Notes under the pieces: generated by a model
Databases searched by the model: none
What the model saw: only the letters and a program-made list of their open reading frames with translations
Told to the model about the DNA's origin: nothing
Program-made: the position numbers and the translations under genes
Source of the DNA: the human T2T-CHM13v2.0 reference genome, Homo sapiens
DNA: 64,000 nucleotides
Strand: one strand, 5' to 3'
NCBI RefSeq assembly: GCF_009914755.1
Contig: NC_060928.1
Part shown: positions 28,647 through 42,165 of the stretch, one piece after another
Layout: every line of letters starts with the position of its first letter
How positions within the stretch are numbered: the first letter of the stretch is position 1

Positions 28647-29473
28647 TCAGTCTCTACTTTGGGCGGAGGCCCATGGTTAACTGTCTTCTGCCTCCTGGCC
28701 CCTGCATACAACATGCTCAAGGAATAGGAGATTGATTGCTATCTAATTAACCAAAATTCAAATAGTGAAATGGAATTATGTATAGTTTATCATAGAGTGG
28801 TGGGCTGAGCGATGACCAGGATTTTTATCTTGGAAATAAAAAGTTATTGATTGCCTGCATACCTGTACTTTGAGATGTCTCCAATCTTGAAAGCTCACCT
28901 CAGGTGGCGATAAGAATATCTGCCCCTCCCCAGACATTTAATTTCCAAAACAGAACCCTGGTCATGCTTCTTTCACACGCATGGGTGTGTTTACTTCCAG
29001 GCCTGAAAGAAGGCTGTAATTTCAGCTTATTATACCAAATATATGAAAATAAAACTGACCTCTGTAGGATTGTTTTAAATGAAAACTGCTTCCTAGAGGC
29101 AAGTGGAGGAAGCAACTGATTGAAAGAGAGGACGGGGCTCTGGGCAGGTGATGGAGAGGGGATCCAGGGTGGGAGACAGCACCCAGGACTTCTGCAGAAA
29201 TAAATGCAAGCCCACGAAAATCCCATGTAGTCCAGATTAGCTGTGCAGTGATGTCTTCCACAGGTCCTTCTGCCAGGTCCCCAAACCATTTCGTAACACC
29301 ACAGCTGCTGAGCACACTCTTCCCTGAATCTTACCTGTCTGGTACCAGACCCAGTCACACCCATGGAACCCCTGCCAGCCAAACTTGACTGGGCAGGGGA
29401 ATTACCTGGGCAGCTCAGCTTGTAAGAAAGGCAGATCAGGGGGCTGCAACCCCAGGCACTTTTCAGCAGTAGG

Positions 29474-30405
29474 TGTATTAGTTTCTTGTGGCTGCTTGAT
29501 ATGGTTTGGCTCTGTGTCCCCACTCAAATCTCATCTTGAATTGCATTCCCATAACTCCCACATGTTGTGGGAGGGACCTGGTGGGAGATAATTGAATCAT
29601 GGGGCTAGTTTCCTCCATAATGTTCTTGTGATAGTGAATAAGTCTCACGAGATCTGATGGTTTTATAAAGAGGAGTTCTCCTGCAGAAGCTCTCTCTCTT
29701 TGCCTGCTGCCATCCATGTAAGATGTTACTTGCTCCTCCTTGCCTGCTGCCATCCATGTAAGATGTTACTTGCTCCTCCTTGCCTTCCAGCATGATTGTG
29801 AGGCCTCCCCAGTCATGTGGAACAGCAGGCCCATGAAATCTCTCTTTCTTTTGTAAATCACCCAGTCTCAGGTATGTCTTTATAAGCAGCATGAAAACGG
29901 ACTAATACATTGCTGTAACAAATGATCATAAACGGGGTGGCTTAAAACAACAGGAGTGTATTCACTCACAGTTATAGAGGCCGGAAGTCCAAAAGCAAGG
30001 TGTCAACAGTTGTTTTTTTCTGGGGACTTTGAGGGAGAATCTGCCTCTTCCAGCTTCTGGGAGCTGCCAGCGACCTCTGGCATGCCTTGCCATGTGGCTG
30101 CATCACTCCAATCTCTACCTTTGTCTTCACATGGTCTTCCTTTCATGCATCTCCGTCTTCCCATAGCCTGCTCCCTTGTGTGTCTGTGGCTTAAATCTCT
30201 GTCCTTTCTCTTCTAAGGTATCAGTCATTAGATTTAGGACCTACCCTAAATCCAGGGTGATCTCATCTAAAGATCCTTAACTTGATCATATCTGCAAAGG
30301 CCCTATTTCCAAATAAAGTCACATTTGCAGCTACTGGGGTTAGGTCTCGGATGCAGCTATGGTGGGGAGGTGGGGGGAGCAGGATACATAATTCAACTCA
30401 CTACA
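29474..30405 (-). mobile_element. MLT1 (C/D-like) LTR, split by THE1
   Basis: tgtattagtttcttgtggctgct resumes as gtaacaaatgatca after the THE1 insert. Confidence 0.8.
29497..29909 (+). mobile_element. THE1-family solo LTR
   Basis: TGATATGGTTTGGCT ... GGACTAATACA; 5-bp TSD ctgct/ttgct. Confidence 0.92.
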
Positions 30406-32399
30406 GTAAATTTGGGAGAGACCCATAAACTTGAATTTTTCACAGGCACCCAAAATGACTCTGATGCAGGTGATCTGTAGGCCATACTCTAAGAAACACC
30501 AAGCCATTTGCTGCGGACTCAAAGTTGAATCAGACATGGTCTCCTTCCTTGGGAAGCCTGCCATCTAGCAGAAGATACAGACAGATGAGCAATGATTAAA
30601 ATAGCAAGTGTGGCCTAGCAAGGCTCAGACAAGCAAGGCTCAAGCAATGAGTCAGACAGACCAGGATTCAAATCCTGCCTCTTCCACTTACCAGATGTGA
30701 GGCTCTGTGCAAGTTCCTTAGCCTGTCTGAGCCACTGTTTCCTTATCTGTAAAATAAGAAAGAATTCCTACCTTATGTCATTGTGAATATGAGGCCATGT
30801 AAAATGCTTAATATGAAGGATGCACTCAAAAAATAGTCATTAGTTATTATTAAGGTGGGAAGTAAGTTAGACCCATTTTCACCTCCCCCATGGCCCCTGG
30901 CTACGTGCCCACCTCATGTTTGTGAAGTTAAGGAGGTATTACTCTGGAGAAACTCTGCTGGGATGGGCAGGAAAACTCCTGAAGGACCTACTTCAGGATT
31001 CACTGACTTATTCAACAAGCATTTTTCGAGCACCTGCTGCATACAGAGCTCAGTGTATAGGCCCTGGAATAAAGAACCAAACAAAGCACACGGCCTAGTG
31101 AGGAAGCCCATTGTTACAATAATGTGGTCAGGGCAAGGTGAAGGTTAAGCCCAGCCAACTGAGGGGCACCCCATGCCATTTAGCACTTGAAGCCTTTCCA
31201 TCCTTTAGTTCACTCTCACTGTCTACGGTATGACCTTCCTCCCAGACTATATCATGAAACCCCCAGGAGTTCTTTGAGGGTAGGGGAGTTCTTTGTCTTA
31301 TTCACCACTGAATCCCAAGCACCTCACAATGTACTGACTCCTAACAGGCACCTGATATGCAATTGTTGGAGTAGTGAAGATTCTGCTGCTATTTAAGGGC
31401 CTAACACTGGACTTCTAAGGAGAACTACCTCCAGCCTCCTTGACTACTAAGTATGATTCTTGATGGGACCAGAAACAAGGTCCCCAGAGGATCTGCCCCT
31501 TAACATAAAGCCTGACAGTTTGAGAAGATGGAGCCAGGCTGCAATACAATGGATCATAACACCAGACAGTTAGGAGAGCTTTCAACTACTAGACCAATGC
31601 TGAGCAAACTAAACTAGGGCAGGAGCTACCGCATGTCATTCCTCTTCAGAAACACAACGCTCTGCACACACTGGGCATGAAGCACTATTATCAGACTGAC
31701 CTGGAGACCCAGAAAACGATGAAAGGAGTGAGGGAGTAGAGGGTTTCCCTTCCCATAACCCACAAGGAAAGGAAAAGAGCAAACCGATACACTCTGCATT
31801 GTGTGCACAGGATTAAAGAAAAGGAAGCCCCAAGTTGGCCTTGGCTGGAGCTTGGTTCTCAGAAGGGAGAAATTCCCCGGCATGGGTAAGTAACACCAGG
31901 AATTGCCCCCACAAATGGTGGCAAACCAGGGCAACTTACCTGGTTGCCTCCAGCTGAGAGGGAGAAATCCGCATTCCCTCTCACCTGGAGAGGCCGGCAG
32001 CTTCTCCCGGCAGGCCGGCAAACTCTTAGGGGGAACTGAAGAGCAAACAGCATAGGATCCTGAAAGTGGACCCCCAGGGTATGTTTATGACAAAAGAGTC
32101 GCAGGGCAGGGGGACACGGTGTTCTGTGCTTCCACAAATCGAATCACTTCTGCACCTGTGTTTCACTTTTTCGATAAATGCCCCTCCCCACCTTACACAT
32201 GGTAGGCCTGCAGTAAACACGTGTTGATTGAATTGAGCAAGTGAATGAGTGAACGGCTGCAGCGGACCCCCGAACTCCCCCAACTCGAACCACCGCCGCA
32301 GGTAATTCCACCTGGCCCAGGTTCCACCCCAGGGCTCGGATTCTCCCCCATGGCACCACCTTCCCGTTTCAGTCCCAGGCGTCCAATTGTTTGGCTCCA

Positions 32400-33250
32400 C
32401 AACAGTGGCGAGCGGGCAGGCAGGTGGGGCTTGGCACCTTCTGCTCCCGGATCCCAGGGCTTCAGCCTCCAATCCAGGGCCAACCCCTGCCTTGGGGGGA
32501 AGGCCCCTCCCCAAAGGCTGACACCAGATGGCGCGGAAGAAAGTGGCGCCCGCGCAGACCCGAAAGTGCAGGAGGAGCGGCGCACCTGGCGGGGTCGCGC
32601 GGGTGCGGCAGCCGCGGCCACTTGGAGTGCGCGCCCCCCTCTCGTCCCTCCCAGCTCGGCCTCTCTGGGGGCGCGGGCCCGGGGCTGGCGGCCGCTCGGC
32701 CCGGCCCATCCCGCCTGGCCGGCGCCGCGGCCTCACCTCGCTCACCAGCCCCTGCCAGTCGCTCTCAGTCCGGTCGCCGTTCATGGCCTCCTCCTCCATG
32801 CGCTGGCCGGCCTCCTGGACCCCCGCCGCCTCCTCCTCCTCGCGACGTCGCGTCGCCGCCGCCGCCCGGGCCCCGCGCGGCCCCGAGAGGGCCCGGCGCC
32901 TCCGAGCCGCTGCGCCGCCGCCTCTCGCGGCCGCCAGCGCTGTTGACTCCACGTCAGCCTCCGCCGGAGGGAAAGGGAGGAGGGGCGCGGCCGCCGGGGC
33001 CGCAGACACAGCCCGGGCCGCAGCCGAGCCCCGCCGGGCCCGCCCCGCGCCCTCAGCCGCGCGACCTCGGGCTCCGCGCCTCCTGCCCGGCCTCTAGGCA
33101 AGGGGAAGCCAGGGTCTCAGCCTACAGGTCACTCCGGACCCCTCAGCGCTCTCCGCGCGGGAGGCGGGCCCCACGGGCAGGCCTGTGTCCCCCGCAAGAA
33201 GCAAATCCCCAAATCCAGTCCTTCTCCGACCACCATCACGACTCCCACGC
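32400..33250. promoter_or_regulatory. CCDC149: CpG island promoter of CCDC149
   Basis: Abrupt very high GC and CpG density, GC-box-like motifs, a short (GCC)n run at 32854-32866, CRE-like CACGTCA at about 32950, no obvious TATA box; surrounds the first exon. Confidence 0.9.
32737..32799 (-). CDS. CCDC149: First coding exon (coding part) of coiled-coil domain-containing protein 149: MEEEAMNGDRTESDWQGLVSE, phase-0 donor
   Basis: ATG at 32799-32797 in a CpG island, 21 codons ending GAG, then donor GTGAGG (32736-32731). Peptide matches the CCDC149 N-terminus as I recall it. The next shared coding exon was not found, so it should lie below coordinate 1. Confidence 0.9.
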
Positions 33251-33582
33251 CTAGAATGCAAGCTCCCCGAGGGCAGGGGTTTCCTTGGTTCGCAGATGTG
33301 CCTTTGGCAAGATCCTGGCCCATAGGAGATGCTCTACATATATTTATTGGACGAATATTTGTTGAACGCAAGAATGAATGAACCACGTTTTATTATATAC
33401 TTAGCATTGTTTTTTAAACTATTAGTGCTTGCTTATATATTTTTTAACGTATCATTTGTCATTAATAGAAAGCAAATGTAAAAATTGAAAATAAAGCATT
33501 ATTCAATTCTAAATAGGGCCAAAAACTCTGAGGGAGATGGTTAGCATGGGTTGAGAGAGGTGTCAAAGACAAATTGGCACTG

Positions 33583-33718
33583 GTGGCATTCCATGGCTCA
33601 TGCCTGTAATCCCAGCACCTTGGGAGGCTGAGGCAGGAGGATCCCTTGAGGACAGGAGTTCAAGAGCAGCCTCGGCCACAAAGTGACACACCCCCTCTTT
33701 ACAAAAAATAAAATAATT
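33583..33718 (+). mobile_element. FLAM or Alu left monomer
   Basis: Single monomer, tggctcatgcctgtaatcccagc ... tacaaaaaataaaata. Confidence 0.85.
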
Positions 33719-34184
33719 AGCAAAAGGGGAAGGCATTGGCATTAAGCTGAGACTTCTCCTAAGAGGAAAGACTGAAAGAGAATGACAGAGGGAAGGTGAA
33801 TCACACACATAAGTCAATCGTATTCAAGGTGCTGTTCCTGTGACACCTAAAATCCCCTCTTGGACCACTATCAATAGTGAGCCCTCTGTACTCGCAGAAA
33901 CGCTGTGTGTGGAGATGAGCAAGTAGGTTGAGAAGTTGTGAACCCATTGTACAGTTGTGGAAGCATCATTACCAACATTTATTTATAATTTTTAGCCCCT
34001 GTTGATCCTGGATCAACCCTGTGAAATGGATGTTATCCTCATTTATTAGATGGGGAAACTGAGGCCTGAAACGTGGAGAAACAGGGACTCAACTAGGACT
34101 TCTGGCTCTAGCATCTTGGAAATCTAAGAATGAAGTATCACCTTGAAAGTTTGTTCTTGGCCTTGTTTTGCACATGATAGACTG

Positions 34185-34682
34185 TTTGCAAAATGGCAGC
34201 AATCATTCCCCTTCTTTGTCCCTTGCCCTGCCACTGTCTCTTTCACTCGGTGCTCAGTCATGTAACTTGCTTTGACCAAAGCAACGTTTGTACATGTGTT
34301 ACCAGAAAAAAAAAAAAAAAAAGAAAAAAAAAGGCTTTTAAAGCAATTGTGCATTAGGATTTAACTCTTGCTTCTGCTCTTGGAAACCATGTAAATAAGC
34401 TCCGAATAGCTTGCTGGTTAAGGTAGGATTCCCAACCAACAGTCAACCATCACCAGATGTGTGAGTGAGGCCATTGCCTGCCGCCCCCTCCACGCCCCCC
34501 CACCCCCACCCGCACAGCTGATGACAAGCACATGAGTGAGCCCAGCTGAGACCAGCCGAAGAACCATCCAGCTGAGCCTTGCTCAACTAGCTGACTCACA
34601 GCATCACATACTAAATAAGTAGTTGTAGTTTAAGCCACTAAGTTTTAGGGCGATTTGCTAGGTATCAACAGGTAACTGAAAT
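34185..34682 (+). mobile_element. MLT1 (F/G/H-like) LTR with internal poly-A tract
   Basis: cccagctgagaccag, tttaagccactaagttttaggg, aggtaactgaaa. Confidence 0.65.
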
Positions 34683-36705
34683 GGATGGTGACACAACTGA
34701 TGAAGGGCCTGAATGGCTTGAACTCTCCCTGGCAGCCCTTCAAAAAGCAATAGTCCCTGGCATCATAATCTAAAGAAAATTTTACAACGGACTGGCTGGC
34801 CAGGAGCTAAGAAAAGGAACCAGTATACTAGTCAGCACATTGGTTTTCTGCCTGTTGTATACAACTGCAGCACTCATCCTGGGGAAGTTCAATAACATTG
34901 CACACCATGGTCCCTGTCCTAGGGGGCTTGCAAACTAAGGTGCTAGAGAACAGCAGAAAAAAAGGTGGGGCTAGAATGCAGCTAAAGCTTCTGGTCTTCT
35001 GACCATTCTGGGCTGCCTAACTCATTATCTTTTTAATCTAAGGAGCTAGAAAGAAGGTCATCCTTGAGCTGAATGTCTAGAGTTAATTAACTCAGTGCCA
35101 AGCACTTGTTCCTAAGCCTGACGTCTCATGCCTAAAAAGCAAGGTACTGTCTGCCAATATATTGCCCTCTGGCAAACCATCTGTTTTCATCCTGACCTGT
35201 GGATAAAATAGACTGTAGGAAAAGTGGGCAGAACTTGGTCCATCTGCCTTTCAAGCCTCCTTGTCTGCACCTTGCTCTCTGCCTGCATTCAGGTGGGAAA
35301 GCCCATTCCAGTTTCCACAGTTAGCTGAGCCCTTCATGATATACCACTGCTCCTTTGGCGCCCTCACTGGTATTTCAGGCAGCAGGACAGACAATCAATG
35401 AGCGTTGGGAGCCAAGAAATCTTCGCATTCCAGACTATGTGCCTTTAAGACCACTCTCCCTGTGACTCCATTTCCCCTATTTGCTTTCCTTCTCCGAAAT
35501 AAGTCAGACAGTTATTACGGTATTTAAAAATAAAGCTGGGGAGCAAAATCAAAGTGTGGCAAGCCTCTACCCTCCCCAGCATGTGGGGAGACTTTCAACT
35601 CGGTTGAAACAGCATCTCTAGCTGCCTGGGTTTTCCTTAGAGGTTTCATGCCCCAAGTGCCAGCTCAAACCTGCTTCGCTTGTGAGATGTGATGAAATCA
35701 CAAACCAAGGCAATGTAGCTGCAAGCAATTCTTTTTTATCTCTTTTCATTTATGTAGCCTGACATTGAGTAATAATAATAATTAAATGCAGTTTAAGCTT
35801 TTAGGCACCTATACCAGAAGGCCTCTAGACACCTCATCAACAGCAGCCCAGACTGACAAAAAAGAGAGCTAATTATATTGTGGTTAACTTTTTTCAAAGA
35901 AGAAATAAACCCATACACCAACTATCTTTATCCCTGATAAAAGCAGTACATTAAATGTCCCATCCGACAGTCCATTTGCACAGGATCATTTTAAAACCTG
36001 GTGCCCTTGTCTTAAATGTGCCACCCTGTTACAAAGTATTGAGACGTTTGCTTTAGCCTCTATTTTCACATCCCCTTGGCTTTCTGAAAACTGATCTCTA
36101 GGGACCTAATTTTTCCATATATATTCATAGCCCCGGGACCAGTTTTATTGATTTATTTATGTGCACCTATAGTGTTAGAAGAAAGTACTTAGTTGCTTTT
36201 GAGTGATGCTTTTCACTTTTAAAAGTTTGAGAGGGTTTTAGACATGGAAACTCCAAAATAGCTTAATCTAAAAACTTGAGCCAGCACAGACTGATGAAAA
36301 CAAACAAACAAAAAATCTCTGGAGAGATTGGGAAAGAAAGGATGATTTGAACTTATTGTTAGCAACCTAAGCTCTCATTATGGGTTCTATACTTACTTGC
36401 ATGAAGACTCTGGCCAGGTCTCGGCAGCCCCAGACACGCGGGAAAGCCCTAAAGCTTTTGATGTGACTTCTCCAGACAGTATTTCAGTTCAAATTCTGGC
36501 TGCCCAAGCAAAATTCGGGCTGTTGGAGTTCTCATTAAAGGAAACTAAGCAAATCTCCAGTAGAGATTTTGGCCGGGCTTCTCTCTGAACTATATAGTTG
36601 GGGCAATATTCATGGCCATTTTTTTTCCCCAGTGACTTTTCTCCTGCCTCAATTAAGAAACTCAATCTGGGCAGAAAATGATTCATAATGACTGTGGTTT
36701 ATAAT

Positions 36706-36706
<1 letters not shown>

Positions 36707-36754
<48 letters not shown>
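36707..36754. repeat. (TG)n microsatellite, about 24 units
   Basis: Read directly. Confidence 0.98.
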
Positions 36755-36756
<2 letters not shown>

Positions 36757-39700
36757 ATATATTTATTAATTAGCTCTATATGAGCCAGGAGGGCCATTTT
36801 GACAGGTCCTGCCAGGAGCCCCTATAGCCTGGCTGCTAAACTACTTCATTTGCTCTTGGTTTTAACCAGGATCAGGAGACTGCAGGTCCTGGTGAGTGCC
36901 ACAGCCAGGCCTCCTGCAGAGGCCTGAGACCTGAGGTCCCCTGAACCACTGGCCTCAATTCTGTAGAAGATAAGCCTCTCTCTCCTCCCCCTACCTAGAG
37001 GTTCTCTGGGAAGGACCTCATCCATCATTTCCCTACAGAGGGCCAGCAGCCAGATACCAGAGGGGCAGATGGGGGATTCTGGCCGGGTTCCTGACTCAGG
37101 GAATCCTCTGTGTCTCTTAGACCCCTGAGCTCCCAGGTCCTCTCACGGCCACCCCTGCCAAGCCCTCCCTGCCCAGCGGCAAACAATCAGCACGAGCTGC
37201 TCCCCTCCAGCCCCGCTGGCTGCCAATCAGCCAGGCAGCAGGGGGTGGAAGGAAGTTGCACTCCCTGCTGAACTGCCGCGCTCACAGTGGCTGAGTGGGG
37301 CTGATGACGGCCTGGCAGGCCGGGGACCCGCAGTTGTCATCCTAAGGGGGCACAGGCTTGAGCGTGATTGGCTTGGGCGTTGTGGGAGACAAGAGGTGGG
37401 GAGGAGCAGAGGTGGAAAGGCCACTCCTTGGCTGTTGGAGGGGTTCCCAGAAGGGGGACTAAGATGTCAGGAGAAAGGAGGATGACCAGAAAGGAGCTGA
37501 GAGACAGAGGGAGAGACAGGGCCTGGGGTGCCGGAGGAGAGGCCTAAAGATAAAGAACCATGGGAGGAGAGCGGAAAACCGTGGGCGTCGGTGGGGTGGG
37601 GAGAAACCCAACCACAGGCTGGTGGGGAAAGTGGATCGAGATGCAGCCCACGGAAGGAGTTAAATGGAAAAGAGACAGGAAAAGTCATCTGCTCTCAGAT
37701 TATTCAAATTTGTTGTACTTATTGATAATGTATTTCATTTCTTCTGCGTGGGGGGGATATGATTCAGCACAAATTTGATGTAAATTTATGGAAATGGAAA
37801 CGCAGAGAGGCAGCAGGGCCCGTGCTGCTGACGGGTTAGCAGCATGGCCCTTGGCGAGGTGGAGGTTACTGCACCCTGGACTTGGGGAGCTGAAAATAGA
37901 AACGTCTGACTTGGGGGTCACTGGCCTCTCCTGCAGGCCAGAAGAGGGACTGACCCTGTCGTTCTGGAAGCCTTATGAAAAAAAAAATCTGATGAATGTC
38001 TAAAATAGGATCACCTACATTGCCCTCCTATCTAATTTTTGTCTTAGGGTGGGGGACAATCTTTAGCCAGTGGATATGGGTGGAAAAGGAGAAAAAAGAA
38101 GAGAATAAACATGATCAAGGACCTACTGTGTACACAGAAATTGCTAGTGAAATGACAGAAATGATTTTTCTTCTGTACTGTAGAAGAATAATGGGGCTTG
38201 GGGATGGGGAAAAAAAACAAAGAAAACAATTTGATCGAGAAGGTGAAAAGGTGGCATTTCATATAAATGGCCAGTGCTGGTAAAATATTTATTGTCCATT
38301 AGGCTGTCCTTCAGAACATCGGATGTTGATTTTTATCCATCTCCACCCCCATACCAGGTCATGGCATTTATCTAATGACGTGCCCCTCTCCCAGTTGGTA
38401 GCAACCTCTCTAGCCTGGCTGTGACCAAGACAGCACATCAAACCATTCACAGTAGGAGAATTGCCTCCCTGGGCCAGGCCTTGCTCTGCATCTTACAATT
38501 GCATCGAAACAGGAGATTCACGACTCTAAGGTGCAAAGCCAGACTAAAGAGTTTTACTGTTCCTCCATTCCTGTTAGAGACAGATTTTTCCAGCACTGGT
38601 TCCTGCCTTTGGCCAAAGCTGCAATTCCTTTCTTTGTCCAAAACTTTCTGGGTTCCTGAGTTGCTGGGGCTCCCTTGGTCTGAGGGTAGAAAAGAGGAGT
38701 TGATCTGCAGCTCACAGCCATGGTGTGTCAGTGTATTGGGGCAACTGTTTCAAAGTGGGAGTGATCTGATCGCTTTTATTATATCAGTAGGGCAGAAATT
38801 GCCAGCCCTTGGTGACATTCATTACATTGCTTTGTCCTCATTCAGTCAAATTTCTCTTTGTTCTCTAACAGAAACTCAAATGGCAAGTAAACATGATTTC
38901 TAGATAGACACTGTCAACAAGGGTGTTTGCCAACATATCATGTCCCCTGCTATTGCACCAAGCAGCTTACCTTTGGGAAAGAGGTACATGGATGCCCCTT
39001 CTATATCCACATATGACACAATGGTTGCCACTTACTAGCCCCATTTGTTTCCACGATACAGGAAAAACAATCTTAAGGTGCCGTAAGAGAGGCTTAGCAG
39101 GGTCTCCTTTAACATACTGGGCCATTAACTCAATAAGCCTTTCTTGAGCTTCTCTTATATGCTGAACTAGGCTGTGAGGATGACAACCAGGACACAGACC
39201 TCTGTCCTCAAGGCTTTTGGAGTAGATAGCCATGTTCCCAAGAAGCTTAATACTGCAGAAACACAGAGAGACACCACAGAATTGGACTCTAGCTGTGATG
39301 TGAGACACAAAAAGCCTTTTCAGCAACTGGAAATGAACCGTAAAACTAGGTCCATTGGGTACACATAAAAATGGTTAAAATGGTAAATTTCATGTTATGT
39401 ATATTTTACTGTTAAACAACAATAACAACCTTGGCGGGCAGGGGGTGGGAACTGAAAGGAAAACCAGGTCTATTTGGAAAGCTCTGGGAGGGGCAGGATT
39501 GAAGACTACCAAGATGTGGAAAGCATGAATGGGTGATTATACTCACCAAATCTCAATATAGGAAAACAAGGAGCAATGACCCTCTCCAAGGTGAAGGAAG
39601 TAGTAATTGGACAAAACATTTAAAAAGGGAGCAGTGGGTTGGAACAGCAAGCATAACACCTTAACCTTTCTGTGAATTAGTGTTGTCACCTCCACCATGG

Positions 39701-40039
39701 GCGGATTGGGCCAGATGATCTTGAAGGCCTGTGACTCTATGAAATTAATTTTACATTTGGGTGAGGACTTTGTATAAAATGTTAGTGAAGGTGCTGTTAT
39801 TATTATCCAAGAAAGATTGCAGTAACTTAGCACATAGAAATATTAAGAATCAGAGATCTGGACCCCTTGCTATACAAGAGAAGATATAGAGGCCCAGAGA
39901 GATAAAGCAATGTGCCCAAGGTCACAAAGTATATTAAGAAAAAGGCTGTGGCTACAGCCTGGAACTTTCGATTCCCATGTCCTGGCTCCCTCACAGTGCT
40001 TAGGAGTTGAAGGTATTTGAAGTTCATGAAGAGCAGAAT

Positions 40040-40625
40040 TCTGGTTGTCTATTGCTATACAACAAGCTACCCAAAACCTGTGGCTTAAACATTGGTTTAT
40101 TACCATCTCTTCTGGTTTTGTGACTGGGCTCTGCTGGGTGGTTTTCATGTGGAGTTTCCTGGGTGAATGTAAATGATGGCCACAGCTGTGGTTATCTGAA
40201 GGCTCAACTACACTGGACATCCAAGACAGCCCACTCACATGGCTGGCCATTGGCTGGGAGCTTAGCTGAGGCTGTCAAGTGAAGCCCCGCCTCATGTCTT
40301 TTCATGCTGGGCTCCCTACAACATGGCAGCTTACCAAGGGAGCTTCTCACAACATGACAGCTTGGTTCCCAGTAGGAGCTTCCCAAGAGCTAATGTTCCA
40401 AGGGAGAGGAAACAGAAGTTACCAGTCCTCTTAAAGTCTAGCCCTGGAACTGGCATAGAGTCACTTCCACCATATCCTATTGGTCAAAGCATTGAAAACC
40501 AGGTCAGCCCAGATGCAGAGGGGTGGATGAATAGACTCCACCTCTAGATGGTCATAGAATGGAGCCATGTCTGTATAGGAAGGGAAGGATTTGATGACCT
40601 CCATCTTTGGAGACAAGCTGCCATA
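40040..40625 (-). mobile_element. MLT1 (F/G/H-like) solo LTR
   Basis: ctattgctatacaacaagctacccaaaac, gtcacttccaccatatcctattggtcaa, ccatctttggagac. Confidence 0.75.
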
Positions 40626-41807
40626 GCAGCAATTCTGATTTTTACCACGAATTATTCTTCTATGTCCTGTTTGGAAAAAATATATATTACACAAGTATTA
40701 ACCAAGCCTGACATTGTTTATCTTAATGGAAACTAAATCAATTAAATTTAGGCCTCAATACCTGTATTTTTTTTTAGAACCTACCAGTTCAGGGGTCACT
40801 TAAGCCAAACCATGGCATAGGAGAGTTCCTAAAGAAATTGTCACTGAGGAATGTATGAGAACATCTAGCATGGAAAAGAAGGTGGGACTGGCAGCAACAG
40901 GTACTGAGACCCTGAAAGTGCCTCAGTTTCCCTTCATCAGGAAAAGCAGGGGAGTAGAAAAGAGTGTTTCAACTTTGCTAAAAATAAACTCCTTGAGAGC
41001 AGGGATTGCGCCTACAGTGCCTGGCACATAGTAGGTGCTTAATAAATGTTTGTTGAGCTCAATTTAGGTACTAGTCTTCTCATCAATACTATAAATAGCA
41101 TTTAATGAGGACTTGCCATACACCAGGCACTTTTCTAAGCAGGTGACATGTCCCTGCATCTAATCTTTACAACACTGTATAATTATCTGTGATGATCCCA
41201 GGCCTGATACTCAGAAGGTAAAAACCTGGAAGGCCCTATTGGTCACTGAAATATCAAAATACTTCCATACAGATTGGTAAATTATCACTATTCTGTGTCC
41301 CTTGAATGAACCCTATATGTACTTCTCTCCCCCATTCAACACCCCCATCCAGGAGAGACCCAGTGGGCATGGCCCAGGAGCCTCCCTCATGACTGAGAGC
41401 TCTCTATGGCTCTCCTACAATGGCTTGCATTCCTGGATCAAGTTGACAAGACCTTAAAGAGGTAGGCAAAGCCCTGGTGCAGGTGGTGCTGGTACCTCAG
41501 CATGTAAATGTTTGGTGCCCACCTAGCCATCCAAGAAAGACTGGACAGGGTCTTTCAGAACTAATGTACCTGCCATCACCCGCCAGCGCCCACATGTGGG
41601 AATGGCAGCCTCTGGCCTGCATTTCATGGGCTGTTGAATATCTGGAATCCTAATTACCCACGTATGTGAAGGAAAAGAAAGCTGAGGAGTTTAAAGAGTT
41701 TTTTTAAAGATTTGATGAAATTCACATAGCTAGTAAGGGGTGGGTCCAGGGCTACACTGCCTCCAAAATCCGCACCCCCTATTCCCCGCTCTTGTGCTGC
41801 GTTACAG

Positions 41808-42165
41808 TGTCAGTTTCCTAGGGCTGACAAAGGACCACAGATGGGGGTGTTTAAATAGCAGAACTTTATTGTCTCAAAGTTCTGGAGACTAGAAATCTGC
41901 ATTCAAGGCATCGGCAGGGTTGGTCCCTTCCAAGGGCTTTGAGAGAAGGATCTGTTCCAGATGCTTTCGGTCTGTGTCTCTTCACATCATCTTTCCTTTA
42001 TGCATATCTGTCTCTGTGTCTAAATTTCCCCTTTTTATAAGGACACCTGTCATATTGCATAAGAGACCCACCCAACTCCAGTATTTCATCTTAACTAATT
42101 ACATCTGCAATGACCCTATTTCAGCATATGAATTTGGGAGGAGGGCACAATCCAGCCCTTACAGC
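41808..42165 (-). mobile_element. MLT1 (B/C-like) solo LTR
   Basis: cagtttcctagggctg, ttataaggacacc, acatctgcaatgaccctattt. Confidence 0.75.

Noticed and set aside
28900-29892. ORFs of 207, 91 and 95 aa, one with a repeated peptide GKEEQVTSYMDGSRQ
   Set aside because: Derived from THE1/MLT1 LTR sequence and its 40-bp duplication; no protein-family resemblance.
32026-33254. Long overlapping ORFs (327, 287, 233 and 189 aa) on both strands
   Set aside because: Stop-codon depletion in a CpG island; low-complexity P/A/R/G translations. Only the 21-codon exon with a donor is supported.
34001-34017. Palindrome GTTGATCC-T-GGATCAAC
   Set aside because: An 8-bp arm is expected by chance in 64 kb.
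38421-38903. 160-aa ORF (likewise 45316-45777 and 53924-54358)
   Set aside because: No recognisable domain or splice context; the latter two lie in LTR-element sequence.
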